Shown piece by piece: positions 28,930-38,106 of a stretch of 39,248 nucleotides of DNA. The DNA lies in the NCBI GenBank assembly GCA_043803945.1, contig JAZDJN010000014.1, forward strand, positions 1-39,248, given 5' to 3'. This DNA comes from a bacterium. Lineage in GTDB: Bacteria > Bacteroidota > Ignavibacteria > UBA10030. The notes below the pieces were generated by a model. The model was given only the letters and a program-made list of their open reading frames with translations, was not told where the DNA came from and did no database searches. Positions within the stretch are counted from its first letter, which is position 1; each line of letters opens with the position of its first letter. Made by a program: the position numbers and the translations under genes.

Positions 28930-30150
28930 ATGAATATTTCTTTCTTCATCGCTCTTCGGTATCTCCAATCGCGTAGAAATCGCGGATTCATTTCCTTTCT
29001 AACGATAATTGCCACAGCCGGAGTTTCCCTGGGTGTCGCTGCGTTAATTATTGCTCTTTCGGTGCTCTCTGGATTCGAAAAAACGATCAAAGAGAATATC
29101 ATCAGCTTTACCGCTCATATCCAGGTCGTAGGATTCCAAAACCAACTCCTTCCGACTGATTCATCAAGGATACACTCGTCCCTGGAAAGACATCCTGAAA
29201 TTCGCACGATGGCACCATTTCTTTCGAGAGAAGGGATTATTCGCTCTGAAGAAAATTCTGATGGAGTGGTGATAAAAGGAGTTGATCCTGACAATGACAT
29301 CTCTCCTGCATCAACAAGACTTGTCGAAGGCGCAGCTCCGCTTCGCAGACACGATGCAGGCATTGAGGGTATGATTATTAGCAAGAGACTCGCTGAAAAA
29401 TTGAATTGTTCTCTCGGGAGCAGGCTCATCCTGTTCTCGCTCGGGGGTTCATCACTGTCGTTGTCACAAACTCGCGTTATGCAATTCGAAGTAAGGGGAA
29501 TTTACGAGACCGGCATGGCAGAATATGATGAAATCTACGTCTATATCCACCTACTCAATGCTCAAAGGTTGTTCGGTGTGGGAAAAATGATATCCGGGTA
29601 TGACATTCTCCTTAGCGATCCTTCAAAAACAAAACAACTTGCGATAATTCTTCCCGAAGAGCTCGGATATCCTCATTTTGCGAGAACGACAGAACAGATG
29701 AACCGTAATCTCTACACCTGGATCGAACTGCAAAAGAAGCCGATTCCCATTATTATTGGATTGATCGCAATAGTTGCAAGTGTCAATGTCATCGGGACGT
29801 TACTGATGATGATTATTGAAAAGACGAAGGAAATTGGAATCCTGAGAGCGTTGGGAACCAACAAAAAAAAGATTACAAAAATATTCCTTCTCCAGGGGAT
29901 GGTTGTCGGAATCGTCGGAACAGCTATTGGGAACATACTCGCTCTTTCCCTCTGCTGGCTCGAATTGCATTATAAAATCATTTCCCTTCCACAAGGCATT
30001 TATTACATGACCCATGTACCAATAGAACTAAACTGGGCTAACTTTGTTATTGTCAGCGCAGTATCGATTGTCATGTGTTTCTTTGCATCAGTCATTCCAT
30101 CACGTATCGCTGGACGAAAAGATCCGGTGCAATCACTACGGTTTGGATGA
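28930..30150 (+). CDS. LolC/E-family lipoprotein-releasing ABC permease
   Basis: FIALRYL...GVSLGVAALIIALSVLSGF, EKTKEIGILRALG, YYMTHVP, PSRIA..DPVQSLR. Confidence 0.9.
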   Translation: MNISFFIALRYLQSRRNRGFISFLTIIATAGVSLGVAALIIALSVLSGFEKTIKENIISFTAHIQVVGFQNQLLPTDSSRIHSSLERHPEIRTMAPFLSREGIIRSEENSDGVVIKGVDPDNDISPASTRLVEGAAPLRRHDAGIEGMIISKRLAEKLNCSLGSRLILFSLGGSSLSLSQTRVMQFEVRGIYETGMAEYDEIYVYIHLLNAQRLFGVGKMISGYDILLSDPSKTKQLAIILPEELGYPHFARTTEQMNRNLYTWIELQKKPIPIIIGLIAIVASVNVIGTLLMMIIEKTKEIGILRALGTNKKKITKIFLLQGMVVGIVGTAIGNILALSLCWLELHYKIISLPQGIYYMTHVPIELNWANFVIVSAVSIVMCFFASVIPSRIAGRKDPVQSLRFG

Positions 30151-30153
30151 GCT

Positions 30154-31380
30154 ATGCGATTTGAACGTTCAATTGCACTTCGCTATCTCCTTTCAAAGAG
30201 AAAAATAGGATTGGTAACAATCATTTCGACGATTTCGATAATCGGTGTTACAATCGGAGTCGCAGCACTTGTTGTTGTCCTCTCAGTTTTTAATGGCTTC
30301 TCTTCGCTTGTGACATCGATACTGATAAATTTCGATCCACATCTAAGGATCGAGAGTGTTCGGCCGGCCGCCAAGTCGTCATATCAGGATCTGATTAGTT
30401 ATTTGGAAAAGGATCAAGAAGTAGTCGGATTTTCACAATACGTTACTGGAAAAGCAGTTATTGTCTCACAGAACCTGAATCGTGTCGTCAGCATACGAGG
30501 TGTTGAAGAAAACCGCATCGCTGATGTTTCTGGCCTGAAGAGCAAGATTTCTCTTGGTGCACTTTCATTTGGCAACAAAGAAAGAAACGGATTAATCATT
30601 GGGCTCTCACTAGCAGACAGATTGGGAATTGTTATTGGTGATACCGTCGCGCTGGTGAGTTTGGCAGGCTCAGATATAGTCTTAATGCAGTATCAACAGC
30701 CGCTCATCAGAAAATTCACTATCACAGGTATCTACGAATCGAATAACAAGGAATATGACTCGTATTATGCCTACACGGGTATTTCAGCAGCTCAAGCTCT
30801 TTTGAACAGGGGGGAGAAGGTTGATGGTGTAGAAATACGTATCTCTTCGGTCAACGAATCAGATAATATGAAGGTTGTGCTAAAAGAACGATTTGGCACT
30901 GAATATAGAATCCTCACGTGGTACGATCTTCATCGTTCACTATACAATATGATGCAAATAGAGCGTTGGATTGCCTATATCATCCTTACCTTGATCATAG
31001 GCGTCGCATGTTTCAACCTGCTCGGTTCTCTTACAATGTCTGTCATTGAGAAAAGCCGTGATATCGGCATTCTAAAATCGATGGGAGCGACAGATAAGAG
31101 TATCATCAAGATATTCACGCTTGAAGGTTTGGTGGTTGGAATTATTGGTTCTCTTGTTGGTTCAGTTCTTGGAATATTGGTAGTGTATCTCCAGGATTCT
31201 TACCACCTGTTTCCATTAGATCCGACTGTTTATATCATTCCAGCTATTCCGGTTTTACTTAAAGTATCGGACATCATTCTTATAGCTATCACAAGTATTG
31301 TGCTGTGTACTTCTGCGGCATTCTATCCTGCAAAACGGGCAGCACGTTTACTTCCTGCCGATGCAATCAGATGGGAATAA
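30154..31380 (+). CDS. LolC/E-family lipoprotein-releasing ABC permease
   Basis: IALRYL...GVAALVVVLSVFNGF, EKSRDIGILKSMG, YPAKRAARLLPADAIRWE. Confidence 0.9.
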   Translation: MRFERSIALRYLLSKRKIGLVTIISTISIIGVTIGVAALVVVLSVFNGFSSLVTSILINFDPHLRIESVRPAAKSSYQDLISYLEKDQEVVGFSQYVTGKAVIVSQNLNRVVSIRGVEENRIADVSGLKSKISLGALSFGNKERNGLIIGLSLADRLGIVIGDTVALVSLAGSDIVLMQYQQPLIRKFTITGIYESNNKEYDSYYAYTGISAAQALLNRGEKVDGVEIRISSVNESDNMKVVLKERFGTEYRILTWYDLHRSLYNMMQIERWIAYIILTLIIGVACFNLLGSLTMSVIEKSRDIGILKSMGATDKSIIKIFTLEGLVVGIIGSLVGSVLGILVVYLQDSYHLFPLDPTVYIIPAIPVLLKVSDIILIAITSIVLCTSAAFYPAKRAARLLPADAIRWE

Positions 31381-32073
31381 ATGACTATGAATTCTATTCT
31401 TGTTGCAGAGAGTGTTGAAAAGAAATTTGTTACCGGGAAGAACCTTTCTGTAGAGGTACTAAAGGGATTATCACTGGAAATCAGAAGAGGAGAGGTTGTT
31501 GTGATCATGGGGCCCTCGGGCTCCGGAAAGAGCACATTGCTTCATTTGCTCAGTGGTCTTGATCGACCTACAAAAGGGCGTATTCTTTTCGATGGAGTAG
31601 ATCTCGGTGCGATGCCTGATGAAGCATTGGCGACATTCAGGAATAAAAAACTCGGATTCATCTTTCAATTCCATCACCTTTTGCCTGAATTCACTGCGCT
31701 CGAAAATGTGGCAATGCCATCGCTCATCGGAGGGGAAACACTGAAAGCGGTAACTCCAAGAGCTAAAGAACTCTTGAACGAAGTTGGTTTATCCCATCGG
31801 TTCGAGCACAAACCGAGTGAATTATCAGGAGGTGAACAACAGCGGGTCGCCGTTGCACGTGCATTGATGAATAGTCCGGAGGTGATTCTGGCTGATGAAC
31901 CATCAGGCAACCTTGATGAACAGAATAGTTTGAAACTGCATCAATTGCTGATGGATCTAGTTAGACAATATGGATTAACGTTGGTGTTCGTAACACATAA
32001 TCCTGATCTGGCAGGGCGAGCCGGTCGTATGCTCCAATTGATTGATGGAAAGATAACAGCTTTAGAAAAGTAA
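31381..32073 (+). CDS. lolD: Lipoprotein-releasing ABC ATPase
   Basis: GPSGSGKST, GFIFQFHHLLPEFTALENV (LolD motif), LSGGEQQRVA, LADEPSGNLD. Confidence 0.9.
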   Translation: MTMNSILVAESVEKKFVTGKNLSVEVLKGLSLEIRRGEVVVIMGPSGSGKSTLLHLLSGLDRPTKGRILFDGVDLGAMPDEALATFRNKKLGFIFQFHHLLPEFTALENVAMPSLIGGETLKAVTPRAKELLNEVGLSHRFEHKPSELSGGEQQRVAVARALMNSPEVILADEPSGNLDEQNSLKLHQLLMDLVRQYGLTLVFVTHNPDLAGRAGRMLQLIDGKITALEK

Positions 32074-32091
32074 ATACCTGCGGATAAAGGC

Positions 32092-32119
32092 TTGACATTT
32101 TTCTGAAATGGTGTAAATT
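32092..32119 (+). promoter_or_regulatory. Sigma70 promoter
   Basis: TTGACA-N16-TAAATT. Confidence 0.65.
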
Positions 32120-32125
32120 AGTGAC

Positions 32126-32207
32126 AGACCTGAACAACGGTTACTCCCCTGACTGTCGTTCTCAAACGGTCAAGCCCGGCGTTTCCCCCAACGCTGGGCT
32201 TTTTGTT
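32126..32207 (+). ncRNA. Candidate small RNA (or attenuator leader) with two C-rich loops
   Basis: Lies between a promoter and a terminator. Hairpin GACC/GGTC, GAAC/GTTC, ACGGTTA/TGACTGT with loop CTCCCC. Confidence 0.55.
32172..32207 (+). terminator. Intrinsic terminator
   Basis: AAGCCCGGCGTT-TCCCCC-AACGCTGGGCTT followed by TTTGTT. Confidence 0.85.
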
Positions 32208-32232
32208 GAGAGACAATAAACGAAAGAATATT

Positions 32233-32517
32233 ATGGCACGAGAAATAAAACCTGCAAAGCGAAAAAAGAACGTTGGAGCTTTGCCCTTCACAACAAGAAA
32301 TTATCAGATTCTTGCACTGGGCCTAATTGTTATTGTCCTTGGATATCTTGCCCTGGGTCAGGAACCATGGGATAGTGCGATGCCGCTGATTGTGGCACCG
32401 ATCCTGCTTGTGCTAGGGTATTGCATCATCATTCCATTCGGAATTCTCTATCGCACAAAGTCGAAGCTGGATCAAGCTGCCTCGGCAAAACCGGCAGAGT
32501 CGACGACAACACAATAA
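32233..32517 (+). CDS. DUF3098-like small membrane protein
   Basis: LPFTTRNYQILALGLIVIVLGY...VAPILLVLGY; two TM helices, a typical Bacteroidota/Chlorobi pattern. Confidence 0.75.
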   Translation: MAREIKPAKRKKNVGALPFTTRNYQILALGLIVIVLGYLALGQEPWDSAMPLIVAPILLVLGYCIIIPFGILYRTKSKLDQAASAKPAESTTTQ

Positions 32518-32546
32518 TTGGAATTACGGAATTCTCTAATTATATT
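32518..32546 (+). promoter_or_regulatory. Putative sigma70 promoter for tRNA-Lys
   Basis: TTGGAA-N17-TATATT. Confidence 0.5.
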
Positions 32547-32571
32547 TGTGTGTCGTTTGAATCCGAGGTAG

Positions 32572-32724
32572 CCTAGAAACTTAGACGAAAAGTCTAACCA
32601 CAAAGGACACAAAGTATAAAATGAAATTAAAATGATTTGATATTTTATCATTTTTATAACTCTTCCTTCGTGTCCTTAGTGGTTAAAATATTTCCTATAC
32701 TATGTTTTCGTCAAGGTCTTTAGG
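32572..32724. mobile_element. MITE-like nested inverted-repeat element
   Basis: Outer IR 32572-32591/32705-32724 (16/20), inner IR 32595-32614/32666-32685 (18/20), and an AT-rich innermost IR. Confidence 0.65.
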
Positions 32725-32725
32725 A

Positions 32726-32797
32726 GGGCGTGTAGCTCAGGGGTAGAGCATCTGCCTTTTAAGCAGAGGGTCGATGGTTCGAGACCATCCACGCTCA
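32726..32797 (+). tRNA. tRNA-Lys (anticodon TTT); CCA not encoded
   Basis: GGGCGTG/CACGCTC acceptor, TCTGC-CTTTTAA-GCAGA anticodon arm, GATGG-TTCGAGA-CCATC T arm. Confidence 0.96.
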
Positions 32798-33010
32798 CGA
32801 TGTAAAATCAAGGTCACACCTTTGGAGTATACAGAACAGTATACAACGGAGGTGTGCATGTTTATCACTTCTCATAGTTTCAGCCTCATCAAACGCTCTT
32901 TCTACTTATTTATTCACCTCATGTAAAAAAGAAAAATCATCAATCAATCTGGGTTCTCATTAGCAAACCCAAATCCATCTCATATGGGATCGTCCGAAAA
33001 GGAACGATCT

Positions 33011-33197
33011 GTCACACCGGAATGTGCCGATTTTCGGCATCCCGTACATCGGGACTTTAATCCGGTGTCCAGTACCTTAATTAAACATTTTTCTGGATTC
33101 CCTGCCTGCCAAAGTTTCTTTAGCACGCAGGAAGGCGGCTAGAAAATTGCCTGCCCGACTTACCTACGGCAAGCAGGCGCAGGCGGGCCGGAATGAC
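33011..33197. repeat. REP-doublet (GTCA...TGAC) carrying several nested small palindromes
   Basis: Backbone ACACCGGA/TCCGGTGT and ATTCCGGC/GCCGGAAT, interrupted at 33025-33054, 33101-33135 and 33150-33187. Confidence 0.75.
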
Positions 33198-33403
33198 TGT
33201 CTGCGAGTTTTCTTTTTAGTCAGCCCCCAAAAGGGGAGGTTAAAAAAATGATTATTCGCTTCAATCAAACAGATTCTTCTTCCTGTGTAACGTCAGTTAT
33301 TTATTATAATGGCGATTACAGTGCCGCACGAATTAGGACACATTTTCAAGTATTGTTCAACTCTCAATTCGCATATCAAAGCGACGACACGGAAAGCTGC
33401 CGC

Positions 33404-33437
33404 TTGCGCTTGTAGTGCGGATGCAATACATTACAAT
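33404..33437 (+). promoter_or_regulatory. Antitoxin promoter with overlapping palindromic operator
   Basis: TTGCGC-N17-TACATT or TTGTAG-N16-TACAAT, with imperfect IR TTGTAGTG...CATTACAA. Confidence 0.5.
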
Positions 33438-33452
33438 CAAAAAGGTGTGTAA

Positions 33453-33689
33453 ATGGCAAAAACAGCAATGGTTCAAGCACGAATTGAGCCCGATTTAAAG
33501 AGTGAAGTAGAGAATATACTCAGCGTATTGGGTATGAGCACGACGGATGCGATAAATATCTTCTTCAAGCAAGTGCAATTATCGAAAGGGATTCCGTTTG
33601 AAGTGAGAATTCCGAATGAAGAAACACGAAAGGCAATTTCCGCAGCGCGAAGAGGAAGAGGGAAGAAATTTAATTCAATAGGAACGTGA
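33453..33689 (+). CDS. RelB/DinJ-family antitoxin (probably C-terminally truncated; toxin absent)
   Basis: MVQARIEPDLK..VENIL..LGMSTTDAINIFFKQV....GIPFEVRIPNEET is the RHH RelB/DinJ pattern. Confidence 0.85.
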   Translation: MAKTAMVQARIEPDLKSEVENILSVLGMSTTDAINIFFKQVQLSKGIPFEVRIPNEETRKAISAARRGRGKKFNSIGT

Positions 33690-33929
33690 CGACAAACTGA
33701 TAGATTTTCTCTTCACAATGTGGTGATTAGAGCCGCAAGCGAGTTCGCGGTAGTGAAGTTGGAAACGGGAAAGGAAACCTCTGAATTCGTGTAAAGCGAT
33801 GAAGGAGGTCTTTGTGTTTTATTGTGGTTATCAGCTTAGAATGACAATCGAATTTAAATGAGTTGAACACTGCTTGCAAATCTACAGTGACTTTTAATAA
33901 GACGTGACCTTTATAAATGGTGATAAGAG

Positions 33930-36900
33930 ATGAGAACTTTACGACCCCTCTTCCTATTACTAATAGTAACCATTTTCCCGTTGAATCTTCTGCACTCGCA
34001 ATGGATTCAGACGGGCTTGACGAACAAGTCTGTCCAAGCTTTCGCTGTGAGCGGCACCAATCTCTTTTCCGGGACTTGGGGAGACGGCATTTTTCTATCC
34101 ACCAACAACGGGACAAACTGGACACAGATCAATACGGGCTTGACTAACGCTTACGTCAACACTCTTGCAGTCTCCGGCACGAATCTCTTCGCAGGAACAT
34201 CTGGCGGTGTCTTTCTTTCCACCAACAACGGCACAAGCTGGACGCCGGCTAATAGCGGCTTAACGAATGTTTATGTCAGGGCTCTTGCCGTCTCAAGTAC
34301 GAATCTCTTTGCTGGGACTGATGGAAGCGGCGTCTTTCTTTCAACGAACAACGGGACAGACTGGACACAAACCGGCTTATCGAACACCTATGTCTTTGCT
34401 CTTGCAGTCTCCGGCACGAATCTCTTCGCAGGGACAACTACCAGCGGTGTGTTTCTTTCAACTAACAAAGGCACAAGCTGGACGGCGGTTAATAGCGGCT
34501 TGACTAACACTAATATCAGGGCTCTTGCAGTCTCCGGGACGAATCTCTTTGCTGGGACTTATGATGGCGTTTTTCTTTCCACAAACAACGGTTCTAATTG
34601 GACACAAACCAGCTTGACGAACACTTCTGTCCATGCTCTTGCAGTCTCCGGTACGAATCTCTTCGCAGGTACATGGGGTGGCCTCTTTCTTTCCAGTAAT
34701 AATGGGGCAAATTGGGTTCCAATGAAATCTGGCTTACCGAATACGTACGTCTTTGCATTGGCAGTTAATGGTACGAATATCTTTGCAGCTCCTTATTATG
34801 CAGGTGTCTTTATTTCGAATAATAATGGCGCAAGTTGGAGCGCTGTGAACTCTGGATTTTCCAGACCAAGAGTTTTAACACTCATCTCAAGAGCCACTAT
34901 TATTTTTGCAGGTACGTATGATGGCGCCATTTATAAATCTACTGACAACGGTGCAAGTTGGAGTAGAGTGTACTCAGACTGGCAAAACAAAACAGAGGTA
35001 AGGGCTCTTTCTGTCAGTGATTCGATTATTTTCGCGGGAACTTATGGAGGTGTTTTTTATTCTCCAGACAATGGAACGAGTTGGTGGCCAGTGAATTCCG
35101 GTTTAACGAACATTTCTGTTCGGACTCTGGCTATTAAGGGTACAAGTATTTTCGCAGGGACATCTGGCGGTGTCTATATTTCTACCAACGGCGGCACAAA
35201 CTGGACACAAACCGGTTTGACGAACATTTCTGTCCATACTCTTGCCGTCTCCGGTACGAATATCTTTACTGGGACTGACGATGGCGTCTTTCGTTCCACC
35301 AACAACGGCACAAGCTGGACACAGGTCAATACCGGATTGTCAAGTAAAAATGTTATTTCTCTTGCCGTTTCCGGCACGAATCTCTTCGCAGGGACTACTG
35401 CCGGCGGTGTCTTTCTTTCCACAAACAATGGCACAAACTGGACAGCAGTCAATACAGGTTTGACGAACACTACTGTCCAAACTCTTACAGTCTCTGGTAC
35501 GAATCTCATTGCTGGAACTGATGGCGGCGTCTTTCTTTCCACAGACAATGGTTCTAACTGGAATTATTTTAATACTGGTATGACCGCTAATTCCACTAAA
35601 GCACTTTTAATTATTGACGGTTTGTACTTGTTTGCTGGTACTGAGCAGTACGGTGTCTGGCGAAGACCACTTTCAGATATTATGTCAATGGCTGCCCCAA
35701 CACTCACATCACCAAGTGATTCTTCCACAGAGGTCAACACAAATACAGTGTTTAGTTGGAATGCATCTACTGAAGCTATATCATATCAGCTACAAATCAC
35801 CTCCAATCCTACATTCACCATAAATGTTATGAGTTACAGTAATATCACAAGTACATCATTCTCCATAAGTGGCCTCACTAACAACACAAGATACTTCTGG
35901 CGAGTCAATGCAACAAATCCTCGTAGTACAACATTCTATTCAAACGTTTGGAGCTTCACCACATTTTCACTCGTAGCACCAAATCTTAGCACACCATCCA
36001 ATGGTGCTTTAGCGATTTCCATCAACCCGACTCTAACTTGGAAGTCTTCTATAGGAGCAACCTCCTATCAGCTCCAGGTTTCCAGAAATTCAAATTATTC
36101 CACTATTGAAGTTGAGAAAAGTAATATCGTAGATACCTCCTACCAATTGAGTGGTCTTGCAAACAATACAAGATATTACTGGCGCATAAATGCATCCAAT
36201 GCTCGAGGAACATGTCCCTACTCTACTGCATGGAGTTTTACCACTATTCCAGCAGTAGTGATAACTATGAAGGCCCTGACATTTGGCAATGTTCCAATAG
36301 GCACAAACAAACAGCTGACCTCAATCCTAAAATATGGTGGTCAAGATACCTTAAACATCACAAATATTGTTCCGTTAAATCCAATATTCTCCACAGATGT
36401 TACTCAAGCTGAGATACCAACAGGAAAAGAGATTTCAATAAACATTCGCTTTTCACCAACCACTACTGATATTGTATCTTCAATGATACTTATCTTTCAC
36501 AACTTGCCTACTTCACCAGACACCATCAAAGTATCAGGACTTGGCATTAAAGTCCCAATCGCCCGATTTTCATCAATAAGCATTTCCTTTGGGGATGTCG
36601 CGGTTGGTCGATATAAAGATATAGTATTGACGATTTCAAATCTCGGTGCTCAGGCTTTCCAAGTGACGAATGCAATCTCAAGTAATGCAGTCTTCTCTGT
36701 CAGGCCAACTTCGTTCATGGTGAATCCCGGTCAATCAATGAATGACACCATTAGATTCTCACCTCTCGCTACTGGGAAAACAAGTGGTCTATTTTTATAT
36801 TTGAGCAATTCGACACCTTCTCCGGATACAGTTAGGGTTGAGGGAGTTGGTATGATTGGTACTGACGTAGCTAAAGATGGCGAAATCCCGCTCAAATATT

Positions 36901-37154
36901 CTTTAGATCAAAACTACCCTAATCCGTTCAATCCATCTACGACTATACGATATGCTATACCAAAGGAAGCGAGGGTACAGCTTGACGTCTATGATCTACT
37001 TGGTCGGAAACAGATTACGCTCGTGAATGCAGACCAAAGAGCCGGATTCTATGAAGCATACTTCAATGGCAACGATTTACCGAGCGGATTATATCTGTAC
37101 ACTTTAACAGCAGGAGAGTGGAGAGCGACTAGGAAGATATTGTTAATGAAATGA
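33930..37154 (+). CDS. T9SS-secreted protein: 14 BNR/Asp-box beta-propeller repeats, 2 FN3, 2 ASH/choice-of-anchor-D Ig domains, type A CTD
   Basis: Signal peptide (LHS|Q), repeats with S-T-N-N-G-x-x-W, YQLQ...GLTNNTRYFWRV, FGDVAVG, and C-terminal LDQNYPNPFNPSTTIRY...SGLYLYTL...KILLMK. Confidence 0.9.
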   Translation: MRTLRPLFLLLIVTIFPLNLLHSQWIQTGLTNKSVQAFAVSGTNLFSGTWGDGIFLSTNNGTNWTQINTGLTNAYVNTLAVSGTNLFAGTSGGVFLSTNNGTSWTPANSGLTNVYVRALAVSSTNLFAGTDGSGVFLSTNNGTDWTQTGLSNTYVFALAVSGTNLFAGTTTSGVFLSTNKGTSWTAVNSGLTNTNIRALAVSGTNLFAGTYDGVFLSTNNGSNWTQTSLTNTSVHALAVSGTNLFAGTWGGLFLSSNNGANWVPMKSGLPNTYVFALAVNGTNIFAAPYYAGVFISNNNGASWSAVNSGFSRPRVLTLISRATIIFAGTYDGAIYKSTDNGASWSRVYSDWQNKTEVRALSVSDSIIFAGTYGGVFYSPDNGTSWWPVNSGLTNISVRTLAIKGTSIFAGTSGGVYISTNGGTNWTQTGLTNISVHTLAVSGTNIFTGTDDGVFRSTNNGTSWTQVNTGLSSKNVISLAVSGTNLFAGTTAGGVFLSTNNGTNWTAVNTGLTNTTVQTLTVSGTNLIAGTDGGVFLSTDNGSNWNYFNTGMTANSTKALLIIDGLYLFAGTEQYGVWRRPLSDIMSMAAPTLTSPSDSSTEVNTNTVFSWNASTEAISYQLQITSNPTFTINVMSYSNITSTSFSISGLTNNTRYFWRVNATNPRSTTFYSNVWSFTTFSLVAPNLSTPSNGALAISINPTLTWKSSIGATSYQLQVSRNSNYSTIEVEKSNIVDTSYQLSGLANNTRYYWRINASNARGTCPYSTAWSFTTIPAVVITMKALTFGNVPIGTNKQLTSILKYGGQDTLNITNIVPLNPIFSTDVTQAEIPTGKEISINIRFSPTTTDIVSSMILIFHNLPTSPDTIKVSGLGIKVPIARFSSISISFGDVAVGRYKDIVLTISNLGAQAFQVTNAISSNAVFSVRPTSFMVNPGQSMNDTIRFSPLATGKTSGLFLYLSNSTPSPDTVRVEGVGMIGTDVAKDGEIPLKYSLDQNYPNPFNPSTTIRYAIPKEARVQLDVYDLLGRKQITLVNADQRAGFYEAYFNGNDLPSGLYLYTLTAGEWRATRKILLMK
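33999..35670 (+). repeat. Intragenic ~115-125-bp tandem repeats (14 units; boundaries approximate)
   Basis: Recurring CTCTTGCAGTCTCCGGCACGAATCTCTTCGCAGG and TTTCTTTCCACCAACAACGG blocks. Confidence 0.85.
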
Positions 37155-37352
37155 TCTTCAGACCTCCGAATTAGTGAGAGCGATGAAAGTGGTTATTGTG
37201 TATATAAATAGAATATACGCTATGTGTTGTTCTCCAATAAATTAGTGGACTAATGGCAATTCGTTTTTTACACTAGTTATGTGCAAGCACAGAATATCTA
37301 AAAGCGTTTTGCAGCATACTCTGATCTACCATTTCATCAAAAAGGAAATTCT

Positions 37353-37649
37353 ATGAAATCCTATCATGTTGCTCGCATCCTTCTTTCAAATAAGGACTTT
37401 GTTATTTTCGTGTCTGACATGGATCTCTCTAGATGTTCCGATGAGCATAGACAAGTTCTCTTACAATGTGTTATCGAATGCGTGTCAGCCAAAGGCTATC
37501 CAGGTACTGTCGCTCTTGTCTGGTCTATTGATGATAGTTCACTTGGATTCTTCCCTCGTAACAGAATAGAACTTCGTGACTATGTTATGCACAATTCGAT
37601 TGATGCCATCAAATCAAAATTCAATGGAGAAATCGATTGTCCGTTCTGA
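37353..37649 (+). CDS. Hypothetical protein (cassette ORF)
   Basis: 98-aa ORF with SD AAAGGA, in an AT-rich region. Confidence 0.6.
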   Translation: MKSYHVARILLSNKDFVIFVSDMDLSRCSDEHRQVLLQCVIECVSAKGYPGTVALVWSIDDSSLGFFPRNRIELRDYVMHNSIDAIKSKFNGEIDCPF

Positions 37650-37698
37650 GTATCCATTTATAATTATTATCAACAACAGCATTGATAAAGCGAGGTCT

Positions 37699-38052
37699 AT
37701 GTATCCTCAATACAGATATCAAAATGTTATGATTGCCTTTTCTGCAATCGCATGCATAATGATCACATTTGCCGCAATTCAATCTAAGCTATTACTTGTT
37801 CTCATTGGAATTTCTAACATTTTTATCTGCTCCACCATTCTTCTAGCGGTATTTTATCTGCGTCGCTCTATAGTTTTCTTTCCAAAGGATCGGATTCTCC
37901 AGTTAATAGATCCTGTTGAAATTAACGACAATCAGCTATTATTTAATATGATTTCTGAATACCAGGATAGATTTTTGCACATTACTAGAAGTTTAGCAAT
38001 TGTATGGCTTTTCACCGGTTTTTCATTTATTTGTCTTGCTATCTTCTATTAA
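37699..38052 (+). CDS. Hypothetical membrane protein (cassette ORF)
   Basis: ATG after GAGG; three hydrophobic segments. Confidence 0.55.
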   Translation: MYPQYRYQNVMIAFSAIACIMITFAAIQSKLLLVLIGISNIFICSTILLAVFYLRRSIVFFPKDRILQLIDPVEINDNQLLFNMISEYQDRFLHITRSLAIVWLFTGFSFICLAIFY

Positions 38053-38106
38053 CTGTCTATTTCCTAAGTGTATACTGCAAAACTTTGTTGAACATACTGT
38101 GCCTGC

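Noticed and set aside
33690-33929. Riboswitch, toxin gene or integrase C-terminal remnant
   Set aside because: Only weak hairpins and a vague peptide resemblance; no recognisable consensus.
33999-35670. Diversity-generating retroelement target
   Set aside because: No reverse transcriptase or non-coding template repeat in the window, and differences between repeats are not adenine-restricted.
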